Origin: Bacillota bacterium
Lineage (GTDB): Bacteria; Bacillota; Clostridia; Acetivibrionales; DTU013
DNA: 60,653 nucleotides
NCBI GenBank assembly: GCA_050261495.1
Contig: JBLNDI010000064.1
Span: 1 to 60,653 of the forward strand
Direction of reading: 5' to 3'
Shown: positions 7,760 to 17,232 of the stretch, piece by piece
How the letters are laid out: the number at the start of each line of letters is the position of its first letter
Position numbering within the stretch: the first letter of the stretch is position 1
Program-made: the position numbers and the translations under genes
The notes under the pieces: generated by a model
Seen by the model: only the letters and a program-made list of their open reading frames with translations
What the model was told of the DNA's origin: nothing
The model's database searches: none

Positions 7760-9334
7760 TTAATGCAGATCGTCTCCTGCATCTTTGTCCGGAATGTTGC
7801 TGCCGAGCTCCAATGGCTTGATGCATTCGAGAGCCGGGCCTTCAATGATGTCGCCGTTATAGGTGAACCTGGACCCGTGACAGGGGCAGTCCCACGACAA
7901 CTCGGCCGAATTCCATTTCAGTTCGCAGCCGATATGGGTACATGTGGTGCTGACAAGGTGCAATTCGCCTTCCATGTCACGGTACATGCCGACCTTATAG
8001 CCTTCAACCTTGGTAATAACGGCTTTTCCTTTAGGCACTCCTTCCGTCCCGCTCGGAATATTCAACTTTCCTGAAATATAATTTTTTGCCACGTCAACGT
8101 TTTCCATAATGAAATTTTTCGCCGAAGCGACCGGTGTGAACCGGGACGGGCTATATACCGATTCCCAGGGGTTTTTGCCTTTTATAATAAGATCGGAGAT
8201 TATCATGGCGGATACCGTGCCGTTGGTTATTCCCCATTTCTGAAACCCCGTCGCTATATAAATGTTGCTTTTCCCGGACGTCATGCGCCCGGCGGCCGGT
8301 ATTTCATCCATGGATGTGTAGTCCTGGGCGGACCACATGTACGGTATGCCGGTAACATCGTAATTGGATTGTGCAAAATCCCGGATTGCATCATAGTGCT
8401 TGTGAAGATCGGTTCCATGCCCCGTTTTGTGAGTTTCTCCGCCAGCCAGGAGAAGCCTTGTTCCGTTGCTTTCATATGAGCGCAATGTGCGCGAGGGATT
8501 TTCGGCATTGATATACATGCCGTCCGGGAGATTGCCGTTTATCACAAAGCCCATGAGATAGGCGCGCTCAGGGTAAAACCTGGTAAAATACAGGCCGGGC
8601 TTGTCGTAGAACGGGTAACGCGTAGCCTGTACCACGCTCTCCGCACGAATCCTTATTCCGCTGTCGGTTACTACCAGGTGCGGGTTGCCTTCTATAATGT
8701 CAACGATGCGGGTTTGCTCGAATATGCGGCATCCCTTGCTTTCAATGATTGAAGCCAATGCAAGAAGGTATTTCCTGGGGTGGAACTGCCCTTGGTTTGC
8801 AAATTTCATCGCCGCTTTTACTTCAAAAGGCAAATCAAGCCTGCTTGTGAATTCTGCGGGCAATCCGAGACGCAACGCGGCTTCTGTCTCATCCTCCAGC
8901 TTTTGAACATAATTGTCGTCCTGAGTGAACACGTATGCAGGGACCCTTTTAAAATCGCATTCTATGCTGTTTTCACGTATGACGGACTCGATAAAGCCGA
9001 TGGCTGCCTGGTTTGCGTCAGCATACTGCCTGGCCTTTTCTTCTCCGACCGCCTTGATTATTTTGTTATATTTAAGGGTATGCTGCGATGTTATTTTAGC
9101 CGTGGTATGGCCGGATGTTCCTTTTGCAATGCGGTTGGCGTCAAAAACAGCAACGCGGGCGCCTTCTTTTAAAAGAAGATACGCCGTGGTCAGGCCTGTT
9201 ATGCCGCCGCCGACGATTGCCACATCTATGTCAAATTCATTTTCGACTTTCGGATACGCCGTATCCTCGGTAGTATCGATCCATAAAGATTTGGGCACTG
9301 CCGGGCCGCTTCCGGTTATATTGTTTTTTTCCAT
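7760..9334 (-). CDS. FAD-dependent oxidoreductase with C-terminal Rieske [2Fe-2S] domain (YhfW-like)
   Basis: IVGGGITG FAD motif; Rieske boxes CTHIGC and WDCPCHGSRF. Confidence 0.93.
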   Translation of the reverse strand: MEKNNITGSGPAVPKSLWIDTTEDTAYPKVENEFDIDVAIVGGGITGLTTAYLLLKEGARVAVFDANRIAKGTSGHTTAKITSQHTLKYNKIIKAVGEEKARQYADANQAAIGFIESVIRENSIECDFKRVPAYVFTQDDNYVQKLEDETEAALRLGLPAEFTSRLDLPFEVKAAMKFANQGQFHPRKYLLALASIIESKGCRIFEQTRIVDIIEGNPHLVVTDSGIRIRAESVVQATRYPFYDKPGLYFTRFYPERAYLMGFVINGNLPDGMYINAENPSRTLRSYESNGTRLLLAGGETHKTGHGTDLHKHYDAIRDFAQSNYDVTGIPYMWSAQDYTSMDEIPAAGRMTSGKSNIYIATGFQKWGITNGTVSAMIISDLIIKGKNPWESVYSPSRFTPVASAKNFIMENVDVAKNYISGKLNIPSGTEGVPKGKAVITKVEGYKVGMYRDMEGELHLVSTTCTHIGCELKWNSAELSWDCPCHGSRFTYNGDIIEGPALECIKPLELGSNIPDKDAGDDLH

Positions 9335-9447
9335 AACAATCCTCCAACCAGTAAATATTCAAATTTATCATTTGCTAAAATTCGAATTTAATACAGTATA
9401 TTATTCCAGAGAAATGGGCATTAAGCTGTGGGAGAGGGATACTCATA

Positions 9448-9584
9448 TACTATTTCCTGTTTCAGCCGCAACGGGTTTTGCTTTGCAGTGCCTGTACACC
9501 GAGGACGGCGAAATTGACAAATGCTACAGGGTGAAAAATGATGAGTTGGTGGAGTTCCCGAAAGGATACCATACGAATACATAG
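9448..9584 (+). pseudogene. Fragment of an IolB/KduI-family (5-deoxy-glucuronate isomerase) gene
   Basis: Reads YYFLFQPQ, then after a frameshift GFALQCLYTEDGEIDKCYRVKNDELVEFPKGYH, which resembles the C-terminal cupin segment of IolB. No start codon or N-terminal part. Confidence 0.6.
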
Positions 9585-9603
9585 GATTCGATAAAAACCG
9601 GTG

Positions 9604-10401
9604 TTATGAAAAATTGCCGGCACCCGTGAACATGTCTATCTCCTTTTTAATGTTATTGATGACGCAATACAGGTAAATGGCCGCTGTTAAATAGTACGGA
9701 ATCCATTTGAGAGGTATGTTGACAGGCGCCAGGTCCAAGATGGTGAAGACCAGCAGCGGCAGCGTCATCGAGTAGACGCTGAGCTTGAAAATGCTGCGGT
9801 AGCTGAGGCCTGTATGTTTATATGCATTGATTATGACGCCGATAAGGCTTATAATCAATGCGTTTATATATTTTAAGCAAATAAAAAACAGCATCGCGAA
9901 GATAAACGTGATTATGCCGAGGGGTTTCATAACCGGCAATACCCGTCTGACGCTGTCCCTGGTGATAACGAGCCCCTCAAACACGTCCAGGTCAATAGTT
10001 GTCTTATCAACAAAGTTCTTCTGTATAATCCTGTCGGAAGTTATAAGCATGGCAGTGTCATATTCATCGAGAACCCTTTCATCCGCATTGGGTGATGTGT
10101 CTATTATAATGGCGTAATTTCCGTCGCTTAATATTACCGGCATTTCGCCTTCGACTTCCAGCCTTCCGTTCTCTAATTTAAAATCCGGGACAATTGTATT
10201 GAAATTGCCGGCCAGGTCGTCAATCATATTGTTGTATTCGATCATCCCTGGTATATATACGACCAATGAGAAAAATAATGAAACCAGGAGTAGGTAAACC
10301 ATTGCCTTACCTGTGCTTTGCCTCAGGAACAACCTGTATTTTTCAAAGCTTGCAATACTGTAAAAAAAGCGAGAAAAAAAACCTAGCTTGGTATTGTTCA
10401 T
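9604..10401 (-). CDS. DUF1189-like membrane protein
   Basis: N-terminal TM, PDFKLENGRL extracellular loop and several C-terminal TMs; RBS AGGAGG. Confidence 0.7.
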   Translation of the reverse strand: MNNTKLGFFSRFFYSIASFEKYRLFLRQSTGKAMVYLLLVSLFFSLVVYIPGMIEYNNMIDDLAGNFNTIVPDFKLENGRLEVEGEMPVILSDGNYAIIIDTSPNADERVLDEYDTAMLITSDRIIQKNFVDKTTIDLDVFEGLVITRDSVRRVLPVMKPLGIITFIFAMLFFICLKYINALIISLIGVIINAYKHTGLSYRSIFKLSVYSMTLPLLVFTILDLAPVNIPLKWIPYYLTAAIYLYCVINNIKKEIDMFTGAGNFS

Positions 10402-10533
10402 ATTAGCCTCCTGAAATACTTTTCCACAATATTATACTATGCAAAAATACAGTAATCAAATCAATTTAGCCCGAATGATTGCCTTCAGCCGAAATATTTC
10501 AAGGGTTGAAAAAGCACGCATGAAATTTAGGCG

Positions 10534-10581
10534 TTGACACTGTTTATATACTGTGCTACACTGTATATAATAATATATACA
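10534..10581 (+). promoter_or_regulatory. SigmaA promoter with overlapping YtrA-type GntR operator
   Basis: TTGACA (10534-10539), 17 nt, then TG-c-TACACT (10557-10562). A perfect palindrome TGTATATA-ataa-TATATACA (10562-10581) covers the start site. Confidence 0.8.
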
Positions 10582-10629
10582 CAGTAAGCCGTCATTAAAT
10601 GGACAAATGCCCGGGAGAGAGGTGAAAAA

Positions 10630-11007
10630 TTGTTTATAGCGTTGTCAAATAATGATCCGGCGCCGCTATACGAGCAGATAAAGACGCGTGTAATCGAACA
10701 GATATTAAGCGGGAAACTTCCCCCGGGGTACATGCTTCCGTCGATCCGCGCCCTGGCAAAAGAGCTGAAAATAAGCGTGATAACGGTTAAAAAGGCATAT
10801 GATGACCTTGAGGCGGGAGGTTACATTGTTACCAGCCAGGGCAAAGGATCGTTTGTTGCCAGGGCAGGCGCGGAGTTCGCCAGAGAGGATAAGCTTAGGA
10901 ACGTGCAGCATTACTTCGAACGCGGCATTGATATCTGCAGGGAGCTTGGCATGGATAACGGCAGTATTGTAAAGACATTTAATGAAGTGCTGGATTCTTA
11001 TTCATAA
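10630..11007 (+). CDS. GntR family regulator, YtrA subfamily
   Basis: PLYEQI...LPSIRALAKELKISVITVKKAYDDLE...GKGSFV winged HTH; 125 aa, upstream of ABC genes. Confidence 0.93.
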   Translation: MFIALSNNDPAPLYEQIKTRVIEQILSGKLPPGYMLPSIRALAKELKISVITVKKAYDDLEAGGYIVTSQGKGSFVARAGAEFAREDKLRNVQHYFERGIDICRELGMDNGSIVKTFNEVLDSYS

Positions 11008-11056
11008 GCATGCGATTTGCAGGCATTATTCCGTAAAAAATAGATGGAGGTAAAGC

Positions 11057-11941
11057 ATGGAAGAATATATACTTAGCGTAAATAACCTGTGTAAATCCTA
11101 TAACGCCTTTTCGCTCAAGAATGTCGGGTTTGAGATACCCAGGGGCTATATCATGGGGTTTATCGGGAAAAACGGCGCAGGCAAGAGCACGACGATAAAA
11201 TGCATCATGGACCTGATCCCGTTTGAATCGGGGACCATAAAACTGTTTAATCTCGACAACAGGCAGCATTCCGATGAAATAAGGCAAAGAGTCGGTTATG
11301 TGAGCGAAGAGCAATACTTCTATGAAAATATGAGCGTTGGCTGGACGGTGAATTTCTTCGGCGGGTTCTACCCGAATTGGGACAGAAATTATTGCAAGGA
11401 ACTGCTTGAGCGGTTTGCAATCGATCCTTCAAAAAAGGTAAGCGAGCTTTCAAAGGGAATGAAAATGAAACTTGCCCTGACAATCGCGCTCTCGCATAAA
11501 CCGGAACTGTTGATTCTTGATGAGCCGACGTCCGGCCTGGACCCGGTAGTACGCGATGAACTGCTTGAATTGTTGCTGGAGATAGTCCAGGACGAAAACC
11601 GTTCGGTGTTCTTTTCATCGCATATTACGTCAGATATTGAGAAAATAGCGGATTTTATAACTATTATAGAAAACGGCGAAATAATACTCAGTGACGAGAA
11701 GGATGCGATAATTGATAAATGGAGGCTATTCAAAATTGATAACATGTACGGTAACGAAAAGATTTTCGGAAGGCTGCGCGGTTTAAAGAGAGGGGAATTT
11801 GGCTACAGCGGCATTACCGACAATCCGGACGGTTTTATAAACGAATTCCGCAGGATGTTTCCGGATGGCAAATTCATCATGGAAAGAGTATCGCTGGATG
11901 AACTGCTTTTAAGGATGGTAAAGGATGGTGGGGAAGCATGA
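11057..11941 (+). CDS. ABC transporter ATP-binding protein
   Basis: Walker A GKNGAGKST, signature LSKGM, Walker B LILDEPT and H-loop SSH. Confidence 0.95.
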   Translation: MEEYILSVNNLCKSYNAFSLKNVGFEIPRGYIMGFIGKNGAGKSTTIKCIMDLIPFESGTIKLFNLDNRQHSDEIRQRVGYVSEEQYFYENMSVGWTVNFFGGFYPNWDRNYCKELLERFAIDPSKKVSELSKGMKMKLALTIALSHKPELLILDEPTSGLDPVVRDELLELLLEIVQDENRSVFFSSHITSDIEKIADFITIIENGEIILSDEKDAIIDKWRLFKIDNMYGNEKIFGRLRGLKRGEFGYSGITDNPDGFINEFRRMFPDGKFIMERVSLDELLLRMVKDGGEA

Positions 11942-12657
11942 TGAAGCATATACGGTTACTGGTGTTGAAGGATTTCCAGGTTCATTTGAAATCCATAATA
12001 AATTATGTGGCCATAGGTTTTATATTCATGCTGGTTTTTACGATGTCCGGAAGCCTGCAAATGTCGTTCCCGATATCCGTTTTTATTATAATTTACGGCT
12101 TTATCAACAAATGCCTTTATGAGGATGAAAAAAACAACACGCTGAGGCTGCTCGTCTCACTGCCGGTAAAACGCGACAGCATAGTGATCGCAAGGTACCT
12201 GAGCACGGTGGTTATAATTGTCGTTATAGGGGCGGTAATGGGATTAATAAGCACATTTTTGACCGGGGCGCTGTCGGCGGCTGATGCCCATGCGGGTGCT
12301 GAAGTTCCCGGGGCGATGGTAAATGTCCTCATGGTAGTTTGCATGGGCTTGCTCTTCCTGTTATTAATGTCCATATATCTGCCCATGGCTTATAAACTTG
12401 GCTATATAAAAGCCGTAAATATCAACCGGTTTGTCTTTCTTGGCATTTTTGCATTGTTTGGCGCACTGCCGGCAATATTCAGGATGAAAGGTGACAAACC
12501 GCAGGGTTCCTTCTCATGGATGGGCAGGGTTGAATCATTTATTGAATCAATAGGCCCGGCATGGATGGTTGTTTTGCTTGTTTTGTTTTCCGCGGGCATA
12601 TATTTGCTTTCAATGTATATATCAATAAAGCTCTTCAGAAAGAGGCAACTGTTCTAG
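11938..12657 (+). CDS. ABC-2 type permease
   Basis: Six hydrophobic segments and an SLPVKR...ARY motif; overlaps the ATPase stop codon. Confidence 0.88.
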   Translation: MMKHIRLLVLKDFQVHLKSIINYVAIGFIFMLVFTMSGSLQMSFPISVFIIIYGFINKCLYEDEKNNTLRLLVSLPVKRDSIVIARYLSTVVIIVVIGAVMGLISTFLTGALSAADAHAGAEVPGAMVNVLMVVCMGLLFLLLMSIYLPMAYKLGYIKAVNINRFVFLGIFALFGALPAIFRMKGDKPQGSFSWMGRVESFIESIGPAWMVVLLVLFSAGIYLLSMYISIKLFRKRQLF

Positions 12658-12672
12658 TTGCCTTATGTTTCC

Positions 12673-12783
12673 AGGACGGGCGGACATATGCCTTGACTCG
12701 CACCCGCTTGCAATCCTCGAAAAGCACACCCGGCAGCCATGACTGCACATGATGACTTAATTTGCGCTATGTCCGCCCGTTCT
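12673..12783. repeat. Short element bounded by 16-bp inverted repeats (REP/MITE-like)
   Basis: AGGACGGGCGGACATA (12673-12688) and TATGTCCGCCCGTTCT (12768-12783) are 15/16 complementary. Confidence 0.6.
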
Positions 12784-12911
12784 TATAGCAACTTTCTCAA
12801 GCCTGACCCCGTATTAAATATAAAATGATTTGACGTTATAGCTGCCTTATATTAATATATTAATAATAACTTTATGGAAGTTTTTGTAGAATGACAGAAA
12901 GGAATGCAGTT

Positions 12912-14198
12912 ATGGTTTTAAGGGTAAGAAAATCAGCTGCCAGCGGTTGCGTCAGCATTCCCGGTTCAAAATCCCATACTATCAGGGCTGTTTTTTTGGC
13001 GAGCCTGGCAGGCGGACGATCGGTGATTGTAAACCCGCTTTTATCAAAGGATGCATTTTCTGCAGTTTCCGTTTGCCGCGCTTTCGGCGCGGAAATTGAA
13101 AGCGACCTGGACAGGTTCGTTATTGATGGTGTTGACGGCAAGCCGGCATTGCCGGAAAACATAGTCGATGTGGGCAATTCCGGCACCACTCTCCGGTTTG
13201 CCATGATGACAGCCGGACTGATAGATGGTTACACGGTTTTCACCGGCGACTACCAGATACGCAGGAGACCGCTGGGTTCGTTAATCCATGCCATGAACGA
13301 GTTGGGAGGCACGGTATTTTCCACCCGCGGCAACGATATGGCTCCGGTTGTTGTAAAAGGAAGGTTGAAAGGCGGGAAAGCCGGGCTTGATGCCGTCACT
13401 TCCCAGTACCTTTCGTCGATACTCATTAATGCCCCGCTGCTTGATAATGATACGGAGATAATAATATCAAGGTTGAATGAAGTCCCCTACGTGGAAATTA
13501 CAATGTGGTGGCTTGACAAACAAGGTATCGAGTATTGCAACAACGGCTTTAAATCCGTATATATAAAAGGTGGGCAGAAGTATAAAGCTTTTGACATTAC
13601 GATTCCGGGTGATTTTTCATCCGCCACGTTTTTCATGGTGCTGGCCGCCATTTCCGGGGAGGAGTTTATCCTGAAAAACCTGGATATGACCGATCCGCAG
13701 GGTGATAAGAAGGTCTTGGAATATCTCAGGGAAATGGGTGCGGAGGTTCGCTGCCTCGACGATGGGATAGTTATAAAAGGCAAAAAATTAAAGGGCATTG
13801 AAATCGACATGAATTCAACGCCGGACGCGCTGCCGGCCATGGCCGTGGCAGGATGCTTCGCGGAAGGGGAAACACGCCTCTTGAATGTTCCGCAGGCAAG
13901 GCTTAAAGAAACCGACAGGATTCATACCATGTGCGTCGAGCTTGGCAAAATGGGCGCGGATATAGAAGAACTGCAGGACGGACTAATAATAAGGAACAGC
14001 AGGTTAAAAGGCTGTAGAGTGAGCGGTCATGACGATCACAGGATTGTGATGGCCCTTGCGGTAGCCGGGCTTAATTCGGAAGGTGTGACGGAAATCGATA
14101 CGGCAGAGGCCATGAATGTCACATTTCCGGCGTTTCCGCTCATTGTCAGGGAGTGCGGCGGCGACATTAAGATGATAGGAGAAGAATCCGACCTTTAA
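12912..14198 (+). CDS. aroA: 3-phosphoshikimate 1-carboxyvinyltransferase (EPSP synthase)
   Basis: PGSKS, GNSGTTLR, SQYLSS, DFSSA, RLKETDRI and DDHRIVM motifs. The start at 12912 follows an AAGGA RBS; 12891 is the alternative. Confidence 0.95.
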   Translation: MVLRVRKSAASGCVSIPGSKSHTIRAVFLASLAGGRSVIVNPLLSKDAFSAVSVCRAFGAEIESDLDRFVIDGVDGKPALPENIVDVGNSGTTLRFAMMTAGLIDGYTVFTGDYQIRRRPLGSLIHAMNELGGTVFSTRGNDMAPVVVKGRLKGGKAGLDAVTSQYLSSILINAPLLDNDTEIIISRLNEVPYVEITMWWLDKQGIEYCNNGFKSVYIKGGQKYKAFDITIPGDFSSATFFMVLAAISGEEFILKNLDMTDPQGDKKVLEYLREMGAEVRCLDDGIVIKGKKLKGIEIDMNSTPDALPAMAVAGCFAEGETRLLNVPQARLKETDRIHTMCVELGKMGADIEELQDGLIIRNSRLKGCRVSGHDDHRIVMALAVAGLNSEGVTEIDTAEAMNVTFPAFPLIVRECGGDIKMIGEESDL

Positions 14199-14255
14199 TG
14201 AAAAAGAAATGAATTTATGCCGCAACAAATTGATTTTCGTAATGGAGGAATTGCG

Positions 14256-15437
14256 ATGCTTGGAAATACATTCGGACGGTTTTTCCGCGTAACGACCTGC
14301 GGAGAGTCATATGCGGGCGGATTTAGAAAAAACCCGTCCATACCGCCTCAACTCTATGGAGGGCAGGTAGTGATCGTGGACGGTGTGCCGCCCGGATTGA
14401 AAATTACTTCCGAAGTTATACAGGCGGAACTGGATAAACGCAAACCGGGCCTGTCAGAGCTCAGTACGCCCAGGAAAGAGGCCGACAAGGTGTATATTTT
14501 TTCCGGCGTCATGGAAGATGATTTTTCCACCGGAGCTCCCGTAGGCATGATAATTCCAAACAGCGACTTTGATGACGCCCATATCGCCCAGCACAAGGAA
14601 AACAGGGAACTGGCGAGGCCGGGCCAGGCGTCGTATACTTATTATAAAAAATACGGGCGCTATTATGACTGGGCCGGCGCAGGCAGGGCTTCGGGGAGGG
14701 AAACCTCGGCAAGGGTCGCAGGGGGAGCTATAGCCAAGTTGATCCTGGATGCGGTCGGGATAGACGTTATTGCGTACATCGTGGAATCCCACGGAATAAA
14801 AGCGGCTCCTGTCACGTATGAAACGGCCAAGGCAAATTACCGGAAGAATGAAATAAATTGCCCCGATCTTGCTAAAGCGCAGGAAATGATAGATGACCTT
14901 CTCAAGGTGAAAGCCGCAGGGGATTCATGCGGGGGTGTCGTGGAAGTGGTTGCCGCAGGCGTGCCTGCAGGCCTGGGAGAACCGGTGTTTGACAAGCTCA
15001 GCGCAATGATAGCGCATGCCCTCATGTCTATCGGCGCCGTAAAAGGCATTGAGTTCGGAGACGGGTTCAGGCTTGCTGTAATGACCGGCTCGGAAGCCAA
15101 CGATACTCCGTATTATGATCAGGAGTCAGGCAAGATACGTTTCCGCACAAATCGTGCCGGAGGCATGCTCGGAGGCATATCCAACGGGGAAGAGATAAGG
15201 GTAAGGGTGGCTGTCAAACCTACTCCGACCATCTTGCGGGAACAAGCCACGGTCAACATGGTAAAACTGGAGAACGTGGAGCATGTATTTGCGTCCAGGA
15301 GCGATCCGAGCATTTGCACCAGGGTTTATCCCGTGTGCGAAGCCATGATGAGGATGGTGCTGGTTGATGCGTTGTACATGGCGGAAGGATACAGGAAAAT
15401 AGCGTCCCTGATTGACCCGGGGTGGGACAGGATATGA
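14256..15437 (+). CDS. aroC: Chorismate synthase (atypical active-site residues)
   Basis: GNTFG..F.VTT.GES, R.SGRET.ARVAGG, GLGEPVFDKL, AVKGIEFG, GG.LGGISNG and KPTPT motifs; lies between aroA and aroK. RBS GGAGG before the ATG at 14256. Confidence 0.88.
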   Translation: MLGNTFGRFFRVTTCGESYAGGFRKNPSIPPQLYGGQVVIVDGVPPGLKITSEVIQAELDKRKPGLSELSTPRKEADKVYIFSGVMEDDFSTGAPVGMIIPNSDFDDAHIAQHKENRELARPGQASYTYYKKYGRYYDWAGAGRASGRETSARVAGGAIAKLILDAVGIDVIAYIVESHGIKAAPVTYETAKANYRKNEINCPDLAKAQEMIDDLLKVKAAGDSCGGVVEVVAAGVPAGLGEPVFDKLSAMIAHALMSIGAVKGIEFGDGFRLAVMTGSEANDTPYYDQESGKIRFRTNRAGGMLGGISNGEEIRVRVAVKPTPTILREQATVNMVKLENVEHVFASRSDPSICTRVYPVCEAMMRMVLVDALYMAEGYRKIASLIDPGWDRI

Positions 15438-15952
15438 CAGCGGAAAACGGACCGGTATGCCGCGACAACATAATCCTAATCGGGATGCCGGGCGCGGGAA
15501 AGAGCACGGTCGGTCCGTTGCTGGCAAGGAAGCTGGGATTTGCCTTTGCGGATACCGATGAACTTGTCAGAAAAGCCGACGGGCGAGACTTAAAAGATAT
15601 TGTGGCGGAAGACGGCCTGGAAAAATTCCTGGAAATTCAAAAGACGATTATTATGTCCACCGCTTTTAAAAGCAGCGTTATTGCGACAGGAGGCGGTGTT
15701 GTGAACAGCGGCGAACTGATGCGTTATTTTAAGAATATTGGCAAGGTAATATATCTGAAACAGGACTTCGAAGTACTTGAGAAAAGGCTTAAACCAGGGA
15801 GGAGACTGGCCAGGAAGGCAGGGCAGGATTTCCGTTCGCTTTTTGAGGAGCGTGATCCGCTGTATGCCGGGTATGCCGATCATATAGTATATTGCGGTGA
15901 AAAAACACCCGAAAAAATCGTACAGGAGATACTGGATGAATGTCGGATATGA
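15422..15952 (+). CDS. aroK: Shikimate kinase
   Basis: LIGMPGAGKSTVG P-loop, DTD, VIATGGG and ERDPLY motifs. The start may be the ATG at 15434. Confidence 0.93.
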   Translation: MGQDMTAENGPVCRDNIILIGMPGAGKSTVGPLLARKLGFAFADTDELVRKADGRDLKDIVAEDGLEKFLEIQKTIIMSTAFKSSVIATGGGVVNSGELMRYFKNIGKVIYLKQDFEVLEKRLKPGRRLARKAGQDFRSLFEERDPLYAGYADHIVYCGEKTPEKIVQEILDECRI

Positions 15953-16752
15953 TCTCTGTGTTAGTTGTTGACGATAATACTAAGTTTTGCGACATGCTGC
16001 GCGAATACATAGACAGGACAGGCGATATGAAGGTTGCCGGGTTTGCGGAAAACGGCGCGAAGGCAATTGAAACAATAAAGATACTAAAGCCGGATGTTGT
16101 CATACTCGATATAATTATGCCGGAAATTGACGGTATCGGGGTCCTGGAAAAAATGCAGGACATAAGACCTGATAAAAGGCCGACATTTGTCGTACTGAGT
16201 GCAATAGGAAAGGAACTTGTTATTCGAAAAGCCATTGAACTGGGAGCCGATTATTATATTATCAAGCCTTTTGATATTGAGGTGCTTATAAATCATATAA
16301 GGCTGATTCACGCCGAAAAAAAGTCCTTGCGAAAAGTCTCGAGGCGCAAACCCGTCAAACCGGCTGTTCCGGCACAGGAAACGGAAGAAAACCGCATGGA
16401 GATGATTATTGCAAGCCTGATAAAAAGAATCGGCATAACCCCGAATGTCGCAGGCTACCGTTACCTGAGAGAATCTGTCGCCCTGGCGGCAGATCAACCG
16501 GTCCTGCTCAATTCCGTTGTCAAGCTTATATACCCGGTATTGGCCGAGAAGCACAAAACAACTGTGAAAAGCATTGACAAGGCTATCCGCTGCGCGATTG
16601 ACAGCGCGTATAAAAGGATGAAAAACGCAGGCATATTGGACCAGGACGCTTCGGATCAATACGAAATATTGCCTTCAAATGGGAAAAAGCCCGGCAGTGC
16701 GCGGCTGATAGCTCTTTTGGCGGACAGGGTCAGGCAAATGAAGCAACAATGA
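15940..16752 (+). CDS. Spo0A-family response regulator (divergent paralog)
   Basis: Receiver domain (VVDD, LDIIMPEIDG, IKPFD) plus a Spo0A-like C-terminal domain (GYRYLRE, IYPVLA, AIR.AI, KP...IA.LAD). Confidence 0.85.
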   Translation: MSDMISVLVVDDNTKFCDMLREYIDRTGDMKVAGFAENGAKAIETIKILKPDVVILDIIMPEIDGIGVLEKMQDIRPDKRPTFVVLSAIGKELVIRKAIELGADYYIIKPFDIEVLINHIRLIHAEKKSLRKVSRRKPVKPAVPAQETEENRMEMIIASLIKRIGITPNVAGYRYLRESVALAADQPVLLNSVVKLIYPVLAEKHKTTVKSIDKAIRCAIDSAYKRMKNAGILDQDASDQYEILPSNGKKPGSARLIALLADRVRQMKQQ

Positions 16753-16776
16753 TAATGAAAAAAAGCAAATGAAACA

Positions 16777-16809
16777 ATAAAAGAAACTGCCATTGGCAGT
16801 TTCTTTTAT
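16777..16809. terminator. Bidirectional intrinsic terminator
   Basis: ATAAAAGAAACTGCCA-T-TGGCAGTTTCTTTTAT perfect inverted repeat between convergent genes. Confidence 0.9.
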
Positions 16810-16822
16810 GCTCATTACAGAG

Positions 16823-17104
16823 TTATTTTTTCTTGTTGACCTTTTCCTTTAAAACTTTACCGGCTTTGAATACAGGAGCTTTTGATGCGGGGATCGTGAT
16901 CTCTTTCTTTGTCTGGGGATTTCTGCCCTTCCTGGCTGCTCTATTCCTTACTTCGAATGTACCGAAACCAACCAATACTACCTTGTCTCCAGCCTTAAGC
17001 GCATCTTCAACGGAGCTTACGAATGCGTTGAGCGCAGCTTCGCTGTTTTTCTTGTTTAAACCTGATTTTGAGGCAATTGAATTAATTAAATCTGTCTTAT
17101 TCAT
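16823..17104 (-). CDS. hup: DNA-binding protein HU
   Basis: MNKTDLI...LVGFGTF...RKGRNPQT...PVFKAGK. Confidence 0.97.
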   Translation of the reverse strand: MNKTDLINSIASKSGLNKKNSEAALNAFVSSVEDALKAGDKVVLVGFGTFEVRNRAARKGRNPQTKKEITIPASKAPVFKAGKVLKEKVNKKK

Positions 17105-17232
17105 TAATACAACCTCCTAAATTTGGAATTCGACATTATTTTATAATGAAAAGCTTGGAAAGTCAAGCTTTTCAAGTGAATTTAGTTAATTAGTACTACA
17201 TAATATGTGATTTTTTTACTATAAAATTGTTA

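Noticed and set aside
15940-16752. Calling this gene spo0A
   Set aside because: The recognition helix and other invariant Spo0A motifs have diverged and the spoIVB context is missing, so it is treated as a paralog.
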